64,000 nt of DNA from Octopus sinensis (taxonomy: Eukaryota). The first letter of the stretch is position 1. The number at the start of each line of letters is the position of its first letter. Under the pieces are notes generated by a model that made no database searches, was not told the DNA's origin, and saw only the letters and a list, made by a program, of their open reading frames with translations. Below, piece after piece: positions 1 through 11,000 of this stretch. Both the position numbers and the translations under genes were made by a program. The stretch covers positions 4,215,360-4,279,359 of the forward strand of contig NC_043019.1 of the NCBI RefSeq assembly GCF_006345805.1. Reading direction: 5' to 3'.

Positions 1-842
1 AGAAAGTATGTTGTGTAAGTGAAGTGCTTCTGTTAGTGTGTGTGAAGAGACAGAGTAATGTGTGAAAGAAAGAGATAACTGAAATTTTTTACTCGGTGTA
101 TGTGTATATTACTTCAAAAGTTCCCGCAAGCCCATATGTAAAAAAAAAAAAATTTTTACGGAAATCGACGGAAAGGTCTACTAGAGACGAAAGATCGCCA
201 AAAGAAAGAAAAAAAGAAAGAAAAAAGAAATCGGCATTACAAAATTTTGATTCCCCCTACCCCACCCCACCAATTTTTTACCTTTTTAAAAAAATTGCGG
301 GGGGGGGGGGGCAAGATACGTAGTAAAAAAACGGAGACTATGATTATGAAAAAAGAAATTTGTAAAATTTCAAGTTTTCAGAAAAAAAATAAAAACTAAA
401 TAAACACCTCCTAAAATAACAGACATGGAAAGTATTCTAAACAGAAAACTCGACATGCTAAAAACAGCAGCTAAACGACGAATCACGTTTTCAAAATTTT
501 CATTTCCCCCACCCCACTTTTTTTTCCTTTACCAGAGGGGTGGAGAGGAGGAAAATAAAAATTTTGAAAACGTGTTTTGGGGGTTTTCAAAATCTGCAAT
601 TTTTAAGTACGCTCCAACCGGAAAAAGTCCGACAAGCTAGAAACAACAGCCAAATGGAAGATCCACTTTCTAAACACGAATTGCCAAAAAAGAAAAAAAT
701 TTTTAAATATCATTTTGTTGGGGAAGACTTTCTCCCCCCACCCTTATTTTCTCGCAATTTTTTTTTCCAAAAACCCCCTGGCTGCAATCTAATGACTGAA
801 ACAAAAAGATATTTCTATATATATTGACATTTCTACACAAGT

Positions 843-1010
843 AGGCGCAGGAGTGGCTGTGTGGTAAATAGCTTGCTTACCAACCACATGGTTCCGAGTT
901 CATTCCCACTGCGTGGTACCTTGGGCAAGTGTCTTCTGCTATAGCCTCGGGCCGACCAAAGTCTTGTGAGTGGATTTGGTAGATGGAAACTGAAAGAAGC
1001 CCATCGTATA

Positions 1011-1070
<60 letters not shown>

Positions 1071-1480
1071 TGAAGAAGTGGCTGTGTGGTAAGTAGCTTG
1101 CTTACCAACCACATGGTTCCGAGTTCATTCCCGCTGCGTGGTACCTTGGGCAAGTGTCTGCTACTATAGCCCTGGGCCGACCAAAATCTTGTGAGTGGAT
1201 TTGGTAGATGGAAACTGAAAGAAGCCCGTCATATATATGTATATATATATGTGTGTGTGTGTATATGTGTTTGTGTGTCTGTGTCTGTCCCCTTAACATC
1301 GCTTGACAACCGATGCTGGTGTGTTTACGTCCCCGTAACTTAATGGCTCGGCAAAAGAGACCGATAGAATAAGTACTGGGCTTACAAAGAATAAGTCCTG
1401 GGGTCGATTTGCTTGACTAAAGGTGGTGCTCCAGCATGGCCACATTCAAATGACTGAAACTAGTAAAAGAGAGTAAAGAG
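843..1480 (+). mobile_element. tRNA-derived SINE family A (CORE-like, octopus OR-type): head + (TA)n + second full copy
   Basis: A-box GTGGCTGTGTGG, B-box-like GGTTC..GTTC, CORE-like ACCTTGGGCAAGTG, internal (TA)n(TG)n, GAGTAAAA tail. Confidence 0.8.
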
Positions 1481-1654
1481 ATATGTGTCGTACATTAGCT
1501 CGTTCCATCCATTAAAGTGACATTGCCTGATTTCGTACTGTTTTGTTTAATAATTGAGCTTTGTTACATATTAATCCGCTATGAGAAAGTGTCATAGTAT
1601 CAACCGAGTTGCTAGGTCAAAGATTGTGTTGCTTGAATGATATAAGCGTTATTA

Positions 1655-2070
1655 AGGCTGCGAGCTAGCAGAATCGTTAGCACGTCGGACGAAATGCATA
1701 GCCGTATTTTGTCTGCCGTTACGTTCTCAGTTCAAATTCCGCCAAGGTCGACTTTGCCTTTCATCCTTTCGGGGTCGATAAAATAAGTACCAGTTGCGCA
1801 CTGGGGTCGATATAATCGACTTAATCCGTTTGTCTGTCCTTGTTTGTCCCCTCTGTGTTTAGCCCCTTGTGGGTAGTAAAGAAATAGGTATTTCATCTGC
1901 CGTTACGTTCTGAGTTCAAATTCCGCCAAGGTCGACTTTGCCTTTCATCCTTTCGGGGTCGATAAATTAAGTACCAATTACGCACTGGGGTCGATATAAT
2001 CGTCTTAATCAGTCTGTCTGTCCTTGTTTGTCCCCTCTCTGTGTTTAGCCCTTTGTGGGTAGTAAAGAAA
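1655..2070 (+). mobile_element. SINE family B, head-to-tail dimer
   Basis: Head AGGC(G/T)GCGAGCT(G/A)GCAG, B-box AGTTCAAATTCC, body GCCTTTCATCCTTTCGGGGTCGATAAA repeated twice. Junction near 1885. Confidence 0.8.
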
Positions 2071-2431
2071 CAGATATAAGCATTATATATCTTTCCACAA
2101 TCCAAATAATTACTGTCTATTTTGAACACTTTATGTAAACTGTTTAAACACAAAGCCTCTCTTTATCATTGTCAAAGATTCTGTTTCTTTACATTTTCTC
2201 ATCATTGTCAAAGACTATCTCACTGTATTTTAATCCATCTTTGTTAATTAATTTTTAGCCCCACAAAAGCTACACAAAGTCTTGCATTTTACTTTAGAAA
2301 ATCTTTTTTTTTTTTAATAAGTGAAACTGGTTAAGTTAATAAACATCTTTAAAAGACCCCTGCATTTTCAAATCCTCTTCACTATATTAGTAAAGTTGTT
2401 GATTATATATTATTAACGAATAACAAATAAA

Positions 2432-2662
2432 AGGCGGCGAGCTGGCAGAATCATTAGCACGCCGGGCGAAATGCTTAGCTGTATTTCGTCTGTCGCTATG
2501 TTCCGAATTCAAATTCTGCCGAGGTCGACTTTGCCTTTTATCCTTTCGGGGTCGATAAATTAAGTACCAGTTACGCACTGGGGTCGATGTAATCGACTTG
2601 ATCCCTTTGTCTGTCCTTGTCTGTCCCCTCTGTGTTCAGCCCCTTGTGGGTAGTAAAGAAAT
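2432..2662 (+). mobile_element. SINE family B
   Basis: Same head and body as 1655-2070. Confidence 0.8.
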
Positions 2663-3162
2663 ATATATATATATATTAACAAATAACTTCAGGTAAAAAA
2701 ACAGAAGGTATCCCATGGGAACTTCATGCTGAAATCCCCAAATTTCTTTAAAAATTCTGGAAGTATGGCTTAGTACTTTTTTTTCTTAAACTTATTCTAT
2801 TAGTCTCTTTTTATTGACCTGCTTTCATCTACTGTTACTGGGAAGCAAGCTACTTACCACACAGCCTCACCTGCTCCTAAAGACACCACCACCACCACCA
2901 CCTCCACAAAGAATTGATATCTTAAAACCAAGGTGCCATGTTAGAAAGCATTGGTGTGGGTGCTGGTGAACTTGTGGTGGTGCCACTCTGTAAAATGGTT
3001 GGTGTTAGGAAGGGCGTTAGGCTGTAGAGACTAAGCCAAAACAGACTATGGAACCTTGTGTGGCCCATGGCTTTGCCAGTTCCTGTCAAGCCGTCCAACC
3101 CATACCAGCATGGAAAACAGTTTTTAAAGGATGATAATGATGGTGATTCACACATACACACA

Positions 3163-3221
<59 letters not shown>

Positions 3222-3232
3222 CATATGTATAT

Positions 3233-3302
<70 letters not shown>

Positions 3303-3639
3303 TTATATATACTTATATATACCGGAGTAAACACATAAATGTGAAAGAAGGTGGAAAAAGAGTACTCAAATAGCAGTGGTAGAGTAACATGCTTTATTTA
3401 AAGCAGCGGAAAATTCAACAAAACCTGTTACTCTGAGTTTCACGAGACCTTTGGAAGTATGCTGTGTGTGAGAAAACCCGGCAGGACAAGTGAGACCATA
3501 ACCTGTGGCCTCTGCCTGGGATGTAGCCTGTCCACTTATGCATACCTTCCTTCTTGGGACACAAAACTCTGCTTGCAAAGACCTGTTGAGGCAAGTGAAA
3601 TCGAAATCGATCAAAAATCAATGGAAATTGTAGTTGTGA

Positions 3640-3855
3640 TACCAGTGCCAGCGGCACGTAAAAGAACCATCCAAATGTGGTCGTTGCCAGTGCTGCTTCG
3701 ACTGGCCTCCGTGCCAGTGGCACGTAAAAAGCACCATCCGACCCTCGCCGTTGCCAGCCTCGCCTGGCACCTAAAGCACCCACTGCACTCACAGAGTGGT
3801 TGGCATTAGGAAGGGCATCCAGCTGTAGAAACACTGCGAGATCAAGACTGGAGCC
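3640..3855 (+). mobile_element. family E retroposon fragment ((GAT)n-tailed family)
   Basis: GGCACGTAAAAAGCACC repeats and TTGGCATTAGGAAGGGCATCCAGCTGTAGAAAC, shared with other copies. Confidence 0.65.
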
Positions 3856-4121
3856 TGGTGCTAGCCACTACACATTCTTTATTTTCTCTCCTTCTTTCTT
3901 TCTGTGTTCCTTTCTGTGGAAGAGCATAGGCTCAAAGCATTAAAGACTTTTTCACTTCCTGAGCATTATACTAATACATCTGTTTGTTGTCTACACCAAC
4001 TGTCTTCGTCTTTTGTTGTTTTTTTTTTTTGTGAATTCTTCCCCTATTTATATATATGTACACACACACACATATATATGCTTGTGTTTGTATTTATAAT
4101 GTAAATTTTTCATATTTCAGT

Positions 4122-4301
4122 ATGGCAACACCATATCGATTACCGTCCAATTACATGAGACAGCAAGGCAATTCTGGCAGACACTTTGTTGGACGACATG
4201 ATGACAGGGAAAAACTGAAGATCTTGATCAAGGATGAAGATACTCAAATAATACAAATTTATGGACTGCCTTATGTTGGCAAAACAAGTCTTGTGAAAAC
4301 T
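4122..4301 (+). CDS. exon 1 (first visible coding exon): FVGR motif and Walker A
   Basis: Acceptor-like tttcag ends at 4120, ATG at 4122. Translates MATPYRLP...[12 protein letters not shown]...[18 protein letters not shown] (GxxxxGKT at 4263-4286). Donor gtaaga at 4302. Confidence 0.85.
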
Positions 4302-7300
4302 GTAAGAAATTTACTATTGTTTTCTCTTTTCTTTTTACGTTAACCTTATTGCATTTTGCCTTTCTGTAGGTTATTAGGGATCATTGAGGTTTTACAGTTA
4401 AGTTACTGACTAAAGAGAAAAGCATTTCTGGTTCAATCCCATACAATGGCAGTCACTGAAGTCTTTGTACCGTTTGGTGAGTTGGTGGTTGACCTATGAT
4501 CAAAGGTATTTCTCTTGTAACCATCCTGTCTATTTAAAGGTGTGAAAGACTACATTCTTGAATGTATCCTGTTCTATGTTATAAAAAAGAGGTGCAGTTT
4601 GAGAGAGATTTGACTGCTTTTTCTAGTAGATTGGCTTGACAGTGCAGGTTCTTGTTTGGCTGCAGGCTTGCCCTGATTGAGACTCAATGAAAGGCATTCT
4701 ATCTGTGCCTATAGATATATTATCATATCCACAGAATGTAGTAGGTGCTTTTAATGTGGGACAAGTGGGCGTTAAATGATGAAGATGACGATGAGTTAAA
4801 TAGCCAGAGAGATAAATGAAGTTATTGATGGGTAGAAGAATATATGTAGAGACTAGTTAATTGATAGACAGAGAATGAGAGAGGTAGGAGAAATAAGAGA
4901 TGGATAGTAAAAGAGATGAAGCAACTGTGTAATTAATAGAAAGATAATTAACGAGATTGAATGGCAAAGTGACAAACTGTTATCCAGAAAAATACTTAGA
5001 CAAACTGTAAGGTGAATATAAAGGAATATAAAGGATACCCTGAACTAATGCATAGATAAAAGAATAGACAAAGAGACAGTTATTGAGAGAGAATTATAAA
5101 GTCAGACAGAGAAAAAGACAAAGTGAGAGACCGATAAATTGATAAGTGAATCTATGGAAACCTTTGAACTTGTTCTAATGTTATGTTTCTAATATGACAG
5201 GTCTGTGAAGAATTGAAGGATGAAATCAACCCCGAAAGACTCCACATAAAACACATCCATATTTCTAATAATAGCAGTTGGTCTGATATTTCCAACATGT
5301 ACAATACATTCACCAATTGTTCCACTATCACCAACACGAAATGGAAAATTTGTATTTTTGATGATTTCCAGAACATTCAAGAAAGCTTCCTTCAAGGTTT
5401 CCAGGAGCTTTGTGACAATGACTTTCCACTGCACAGAAATCTAAAAATCATTCTCATATTAAGTAGTGGAGAACCATTTCAGTTTGATGGAATCAGGTTT
5501 GGAAAGTGTAAAGTGAGTCCATTGTCCATTAAAGATGCCCAGCTTCTTTTCGGTCGCTGTTCAGACATTGAGACGGATGATGAGAACAAAGAACAAATAC
5601 ACAACATCATCAGATATGCCTGTGGCCTGCCAGGACTTCTTATTTACTTTGCAGAAAAATTCTCCCAGTTTCATCATCATTTCTCTTTTGATGATATCTA
5701 CAAAATGATTTGTGATGAAACCAAGCTCAATGACTGGCTGGACGAATGTACAATTAACAGACGTAATATTAAGCAAGAAATGGACAAGTACTTTTCTCAA
5801 CTCTCTCACAAACAGCAAGAAGCTATCAAAGTGCTTTCATATTTTCCTGGAAGATTTGGTATTGAGGAAGCTGTTGAAATGACTGATTCTTCTAGTCAAC
5901 CAGCTTCAATGATACGTGTTCTGATGCCGCTTGTTGAACAAGGTTTGATCAGTTCAGATTTAGAATTACAGACTTTCCAAGTGCAACAGTTAGTACGTGT
6001 ACTTTCTATGCAACAGATAGACAATGTACACAGCAATGATTTGGTAAAGCTCAAATATACAAACATTATTGGGAAAAGTCTGATGAAGGCTCAAGATATT
6101 TATGATAAAGGCCTCATATATGAAGCGCTCGGAATAATGAACAACAACTGGGAAAATATTTCGTTTCTGATGAAGAAAGGGATTGATGCACCCTCTGATG
6201 GTAGGACATATGGAGTTTATTATGAGGTAAGATATTTTGTCCTTAACAACGTGTCTTGTATCTTGTGTTGTAAGTCAGTCTTTCATATGTCGCATTTTAG
6301 TTTAACCTGTGTTATATCTTCCCACATCTTTACCATTGGTTCTCAATTGAGGGCCATATGGCCCATGGGGGTCCATATAAGAGTCTGCTGTTGTTAAAAT
6401 ATATCAGCAAGAAATTGGTTATACTTCGACAATACACAAAATATTTCAACAATTTTTTAATACCATTCTTAATAATATTTAATTACAAAAATATATGATT
6501 CTTTTAAACATCGAATGTCTAGGATGGTCCAATAGAGTGGAATAGCAATGAAAGGGGTCTATAGGTAAAAAACGGTCGAGAAACCCTGCTGTAAGCTCGG
6601 CATAGGGTCTCTTCTGCCCCTTCTTACAAATCCTTTTTGGTTACATCTTATTCTGTCTTGTATTACTTTTATTTGGGGGTTTTTTTCTGTTACATCTTAA
6701 TCTGCACTCCGGCTACCTTGGACTAAGTGTCACTCAGAATATATTAGGTCAGACTCACTCCTAGTTCATCAAACTCAGTCTCTTAGACATTTTCAGTCTA
6801 TCCTACTTTCTGTTTCTGTCTGTTCAGATCTGAGTCTGACTCAGTATATCACGTATCAGACCTCATGTGGTTAGTTGATCCGAGACTCAGTATGATCCAA
6901 GATACACAATCCACTGTATTACATTGTACTTATCATCGCTAGTAAGACACCAAACTATGCTGTCTAGTAGTAGTAGTATTAGTTGTAGTAGCAGTGTTAA
7001 TAGTCCTGTAGTGATGGAACCACTAATTCTATTGAAGCAGGGACTAACCGAAAGACAACCTTAGAGAGTAGTATGGTATAACAGAGAGACATGGTATCAC
7101 AATAGCGTCTACTCTTTGTTTCAGTCATTTGACTGTGGCCATGCTGGAACACCGCCTTTAGTTGAGTAAATCAACCCAAGACTTAATCTTTGTAAACCTA
7201 GTATGTATTCTATCAGTCTCTTTTGCTGAACCGCTAAGTTACGGGGACGTAGACACACCATCAGTTGTCAAGCAATGTTGGGGGGACAAACACAGACACA

Positions 7301-8062
7301 CAAACATATACACACACACATATATATACATATATACGACAGGCTTTGTTCAGTTTCCATCTACCAAATCCACTCACAAAGCTTTGGTCGACCCGAGGCT
7401 ATAGTAGAAGACACTTGCCCAAGGTACCACGCAGTGGGACTGAACCCGGAACCATGTGGTTGGTAAACAAACTACTTACCACACAGCCACTCCTAAGCCT
7501 AAAGTAGTATTACAATGTGGTAATACATGGTATTACAATAAAAGTTTATGTCGCAAAGTAAGGTGATTGGAGTTCAGTTTGATAATTACCAGAATCCAGC
7601 GTCTTGTAGACATGACAAACGGAAACCATAAACATGACATTTTGGTTAATAAATTTGTGTGTAAATCAGTGAGGTCTCTAATGACATGAGGCAAAATATT
7701 AAGTCAGCTGGTTGTATTTAGTTACCTCTATGTTCTGGGTTCAATTCCAACCACTGTCAACTTTACTGTTTATCCTTCCAAGTGATGAACTCTTTTACTC
7801 ACAAGTGAGCATCAAAATGATGATGGTGACACGTAAAAGCACCATCCGTTCATGGCCGTTTGCCAGGTCCGTCTGGCACCTGTTGCGGGTGGCACGTAAA
7901 AAGCACCCACTACACTCACGGAGTGGTTGGCGTTAGGAAGGGCATTCAGCCGTAGAAACACTGCCAGATCTGACTGGGCCTGATGCGGCCTTCCGGCTTC
8001 ACAGACCCCAGTTGAACCATCCAACCCATGCTAGCATGGAAAACGGACGCTAAATGATGAAA

Positions 8063-8099
<37 letters not shown>

Positions 8100-11000
8100 G
8101 GAGGAGGAGGAGGAGGAAAATTATAATGACGATGATGAGTCAAATAGTGAGAGAGATAGAGGAAGTTATTGATGGCTAGAAGAACATGCATAGAGACCAG
8201 TTAATAGATAGGCAGAGAGTCAGAGAGCGAGAGATGAAATAAGAGATGGAGAGTAAAAGAGATAAAGAGACTGTGATTAATAGAAAGTTAAACAGCAGGA
8301 GTGGCTGTGTGGTAAGTAGTTTGTTTACCAGCCACATGGTTCCGGGTTCAGTCCCACTGCGTGGCACCTTGGGTAAGTGTCTTCTACTATAGCCTCGGAC
8401 CGACCAAAGCCTTGTGAGTGGATTTGGTAGACGGAAACTGAAAGAAGCCCATCGTATATATGTATATATGTATATGCGTGTGTGTGTTTGTGTGTCTGTG
8501 TTTGTCCCCCTAGCATTGCTTGACAACCGATGCTGGTGTGTTTATGTCCCCGTTACTTAGCGGTTCAGCAAAAGAGACCGATAGAATAAGTACTGGGCTT
8601 ACAAAGAATAAGTCCTGGGGTCGATTTGCTTGACTAAAGGCGGTGCTCCAGCATGGCCGCAGTCAAATGACTGAAACAAGTAAAAGAGAGAGAGAGAGAG
8701 ACAAATTGACAAACCTATCTTTCTAGAAAGATGCTTAGACAAATCGCTAGATGAATATAAAGGAAATTACTTAGATTGCTTAACGAATTTGTGTGTAAAT
8801 CAGTGAGGTCTGCAATGAGATGAGGCGAAATATTAAGTCAGCTGATAGTATTTAGTTACCTTTCTTTATGTTCTGGGTTCAATTCACACCACTGTCAACT
8901 TTACTGTTCATCCTTCTGGGTGAAGAACTCTTTTACTCACTGAACTCCATTCTGTCTTTTATTCTTCCTCGTCTGGCACCTGTGTCGGTGGCACATAAAA
9001 AAACACCATCCGAGCGTGGCCGTTCGCCAGCCTCGTCTGGCACCTGTGTCGGTGGCACATAAAAAACACCATCCGAGCATGGCCGTTCGCCAGCCTCGTC
9101 TGGCACCTGTGTTGGTGGCACATAAAAAACACCATCTGAGCGTGGCCGTTCGCCAGCCTTGTCTGGCACCTGTGTCGGTGGCACATAAAAAACACCATCC
9201 GAGCGTGGCTGTTCACCAGCCTCGTCTGGCACCTGTGTCGGTGGCACATAAAAAACACCATCCGAGCGTGGCCATTCGCCAGCTTTGTCTGGCACCTGTG
9301 TCGGTGGCACATAAAAAACACAATCCAAGCGTGGCCATTCGCCAGCCTCGTCTGGCACCTGTGTTGGTGGCACATAAAAAACACCATCCGAGCGTGGCCG
9401 TTCGCCAGCCTTGTCTGGCACCTGTGTCGGTGGCACATAAAAAACACCATCCGAGCGTGGCCGTTCGCCAGCCTCGTCTGGCACCTGTGTCGGTGGCACA
9501 TAAAAAACACCATCTGAGCGTGGCCGTTCGCCAGCCTCGTCTGGCACATAAAAAGCACCCACTACATTCACGGAGTGGTTGGCGTTAGGAAGGGCATCCA
9601 GCTGTAGAAACACTGCCAGATCAGACTGGGCCTGGTGCAGCCTTCTGGCTTCCCAGACCCCAGTTGAACCGTCCAACCCATGCTAGCATGGAAAGCGGAC
9701 GCTAAACGTTGATGATGATGATGATAATTCTTCCAGGAATCAGTTTAATATTCTTAGAATGTTTTGCACTATTTGTTTCCTGGCTCTTTTCATTCTTAGT
9801 TGAAATCTTCCAGAGGTCAACTTTGCTTTCCATTCTTTTGGAGCCTGATGAAATAAAGTACCAGTCAAGTACTGGGGGACTTATGATACTGACCAAACCC
9901 CTACACTCAAATTTGCTGACCTTGTGCTTAAGCCAGAAGCCGTGGTTTTTCCTACCAACTCTTTATGCTTTGAGTTCAATATTACAATCTATCCTTCCAA
10001 GTAAATTACTCATTTTAGTACTCTTTACTCCTTTTACTCTTTTACATGTTTCAGTCATTTGACTGCGGCCATGCTGGAGCACCGCCTTTAGTCGAGCAAA
10101 TCGACCCCGAGACTTATTCTTTGTAAGCCCAGTACTTATTCTATCGGCCGTCTCTTTTGCCGAACCGCTAAGTAACGGGGACATAAACACACCAGCATCG
10201 GTTGTCAAGCAATGCTAGGGGGACAAACACACACACATACATACATATACATGTATACATATATACGACAGGCTTCTTTCAGTTTCCGTCTACCAAATCC
10301 ACTCACAAGGCATTGGTCGGCCCGGGGCTATAGCAGAAGACACTTGCCCAAGATGCCACGCAGTGAGACTGAACCCGGAACCATGTGGTTGGTTAGAAAG
10401 CTACTTACCACACAGCCACTCCTGCGCCTACTTGTTACTTGTTTCTTTTTCTTTTTTTTTTTTCTTTCAGATAGCATTCAAAGCTTCCGATATGTTGATG
10501 ATATGCCACCCTAGAGATTCAAGACAGTTTTTCGAAGCCTGTCTACAAAACTCCCTGTTATTTGGCAATGAAGAAGAACAAGCTTTCATGAAGATAACAT
10601 ATGGTGTATCTTTGACAGATTTACCAGGTATGATATAATGTGGCAATCTTGGTTAGGATGAATGTTACTGTTATATAGCCCCAGGAAACATCGTCTCCAG
10701 CTGGCTATCAACATACTATCTATGTCCTTATATTTTCGAACAAGGATTTAGTGGCGCCATCTCTAGCCAAGCAGTTACTCTGTGCTGATGAAGGGAAGTA
10801 ACCCATGAACTATTGGTACCCAGATATTGCTCTGAGCTGAGTGGGGAGACTAAGCTCCCTTGTTCGAAAACATAAGGATGCAGATAGTGCATTTATAGCC
10901 AACTGGAGGCAATGTTTCCTGGGGCTAAATAACTGTAACATTGATGATGGTGAAGTTTCCTTATGCTGAATTGATGACGGTGAACTTTCCCTTCGGTGAA

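Noticed and set aside
1-830. Short ORFs and a possible Helitron-like element ending CTAG near 640
   Set aside because: The sequence is full of inflated homopolymers typical of unpolished reads, so ends and frames cannot be trusted. No upstream exon of the gene was identifiable.
6227-6397. C-terminal extension of the 394-aa ORF (VRYFVLNNV...)
   Set aside because: It follows a strong GAG|GTAAGA donor and is intron read-through. The same applies to the tails of the ORFs at 4056, 10363, 15733, 17358, 23900 and 42040.
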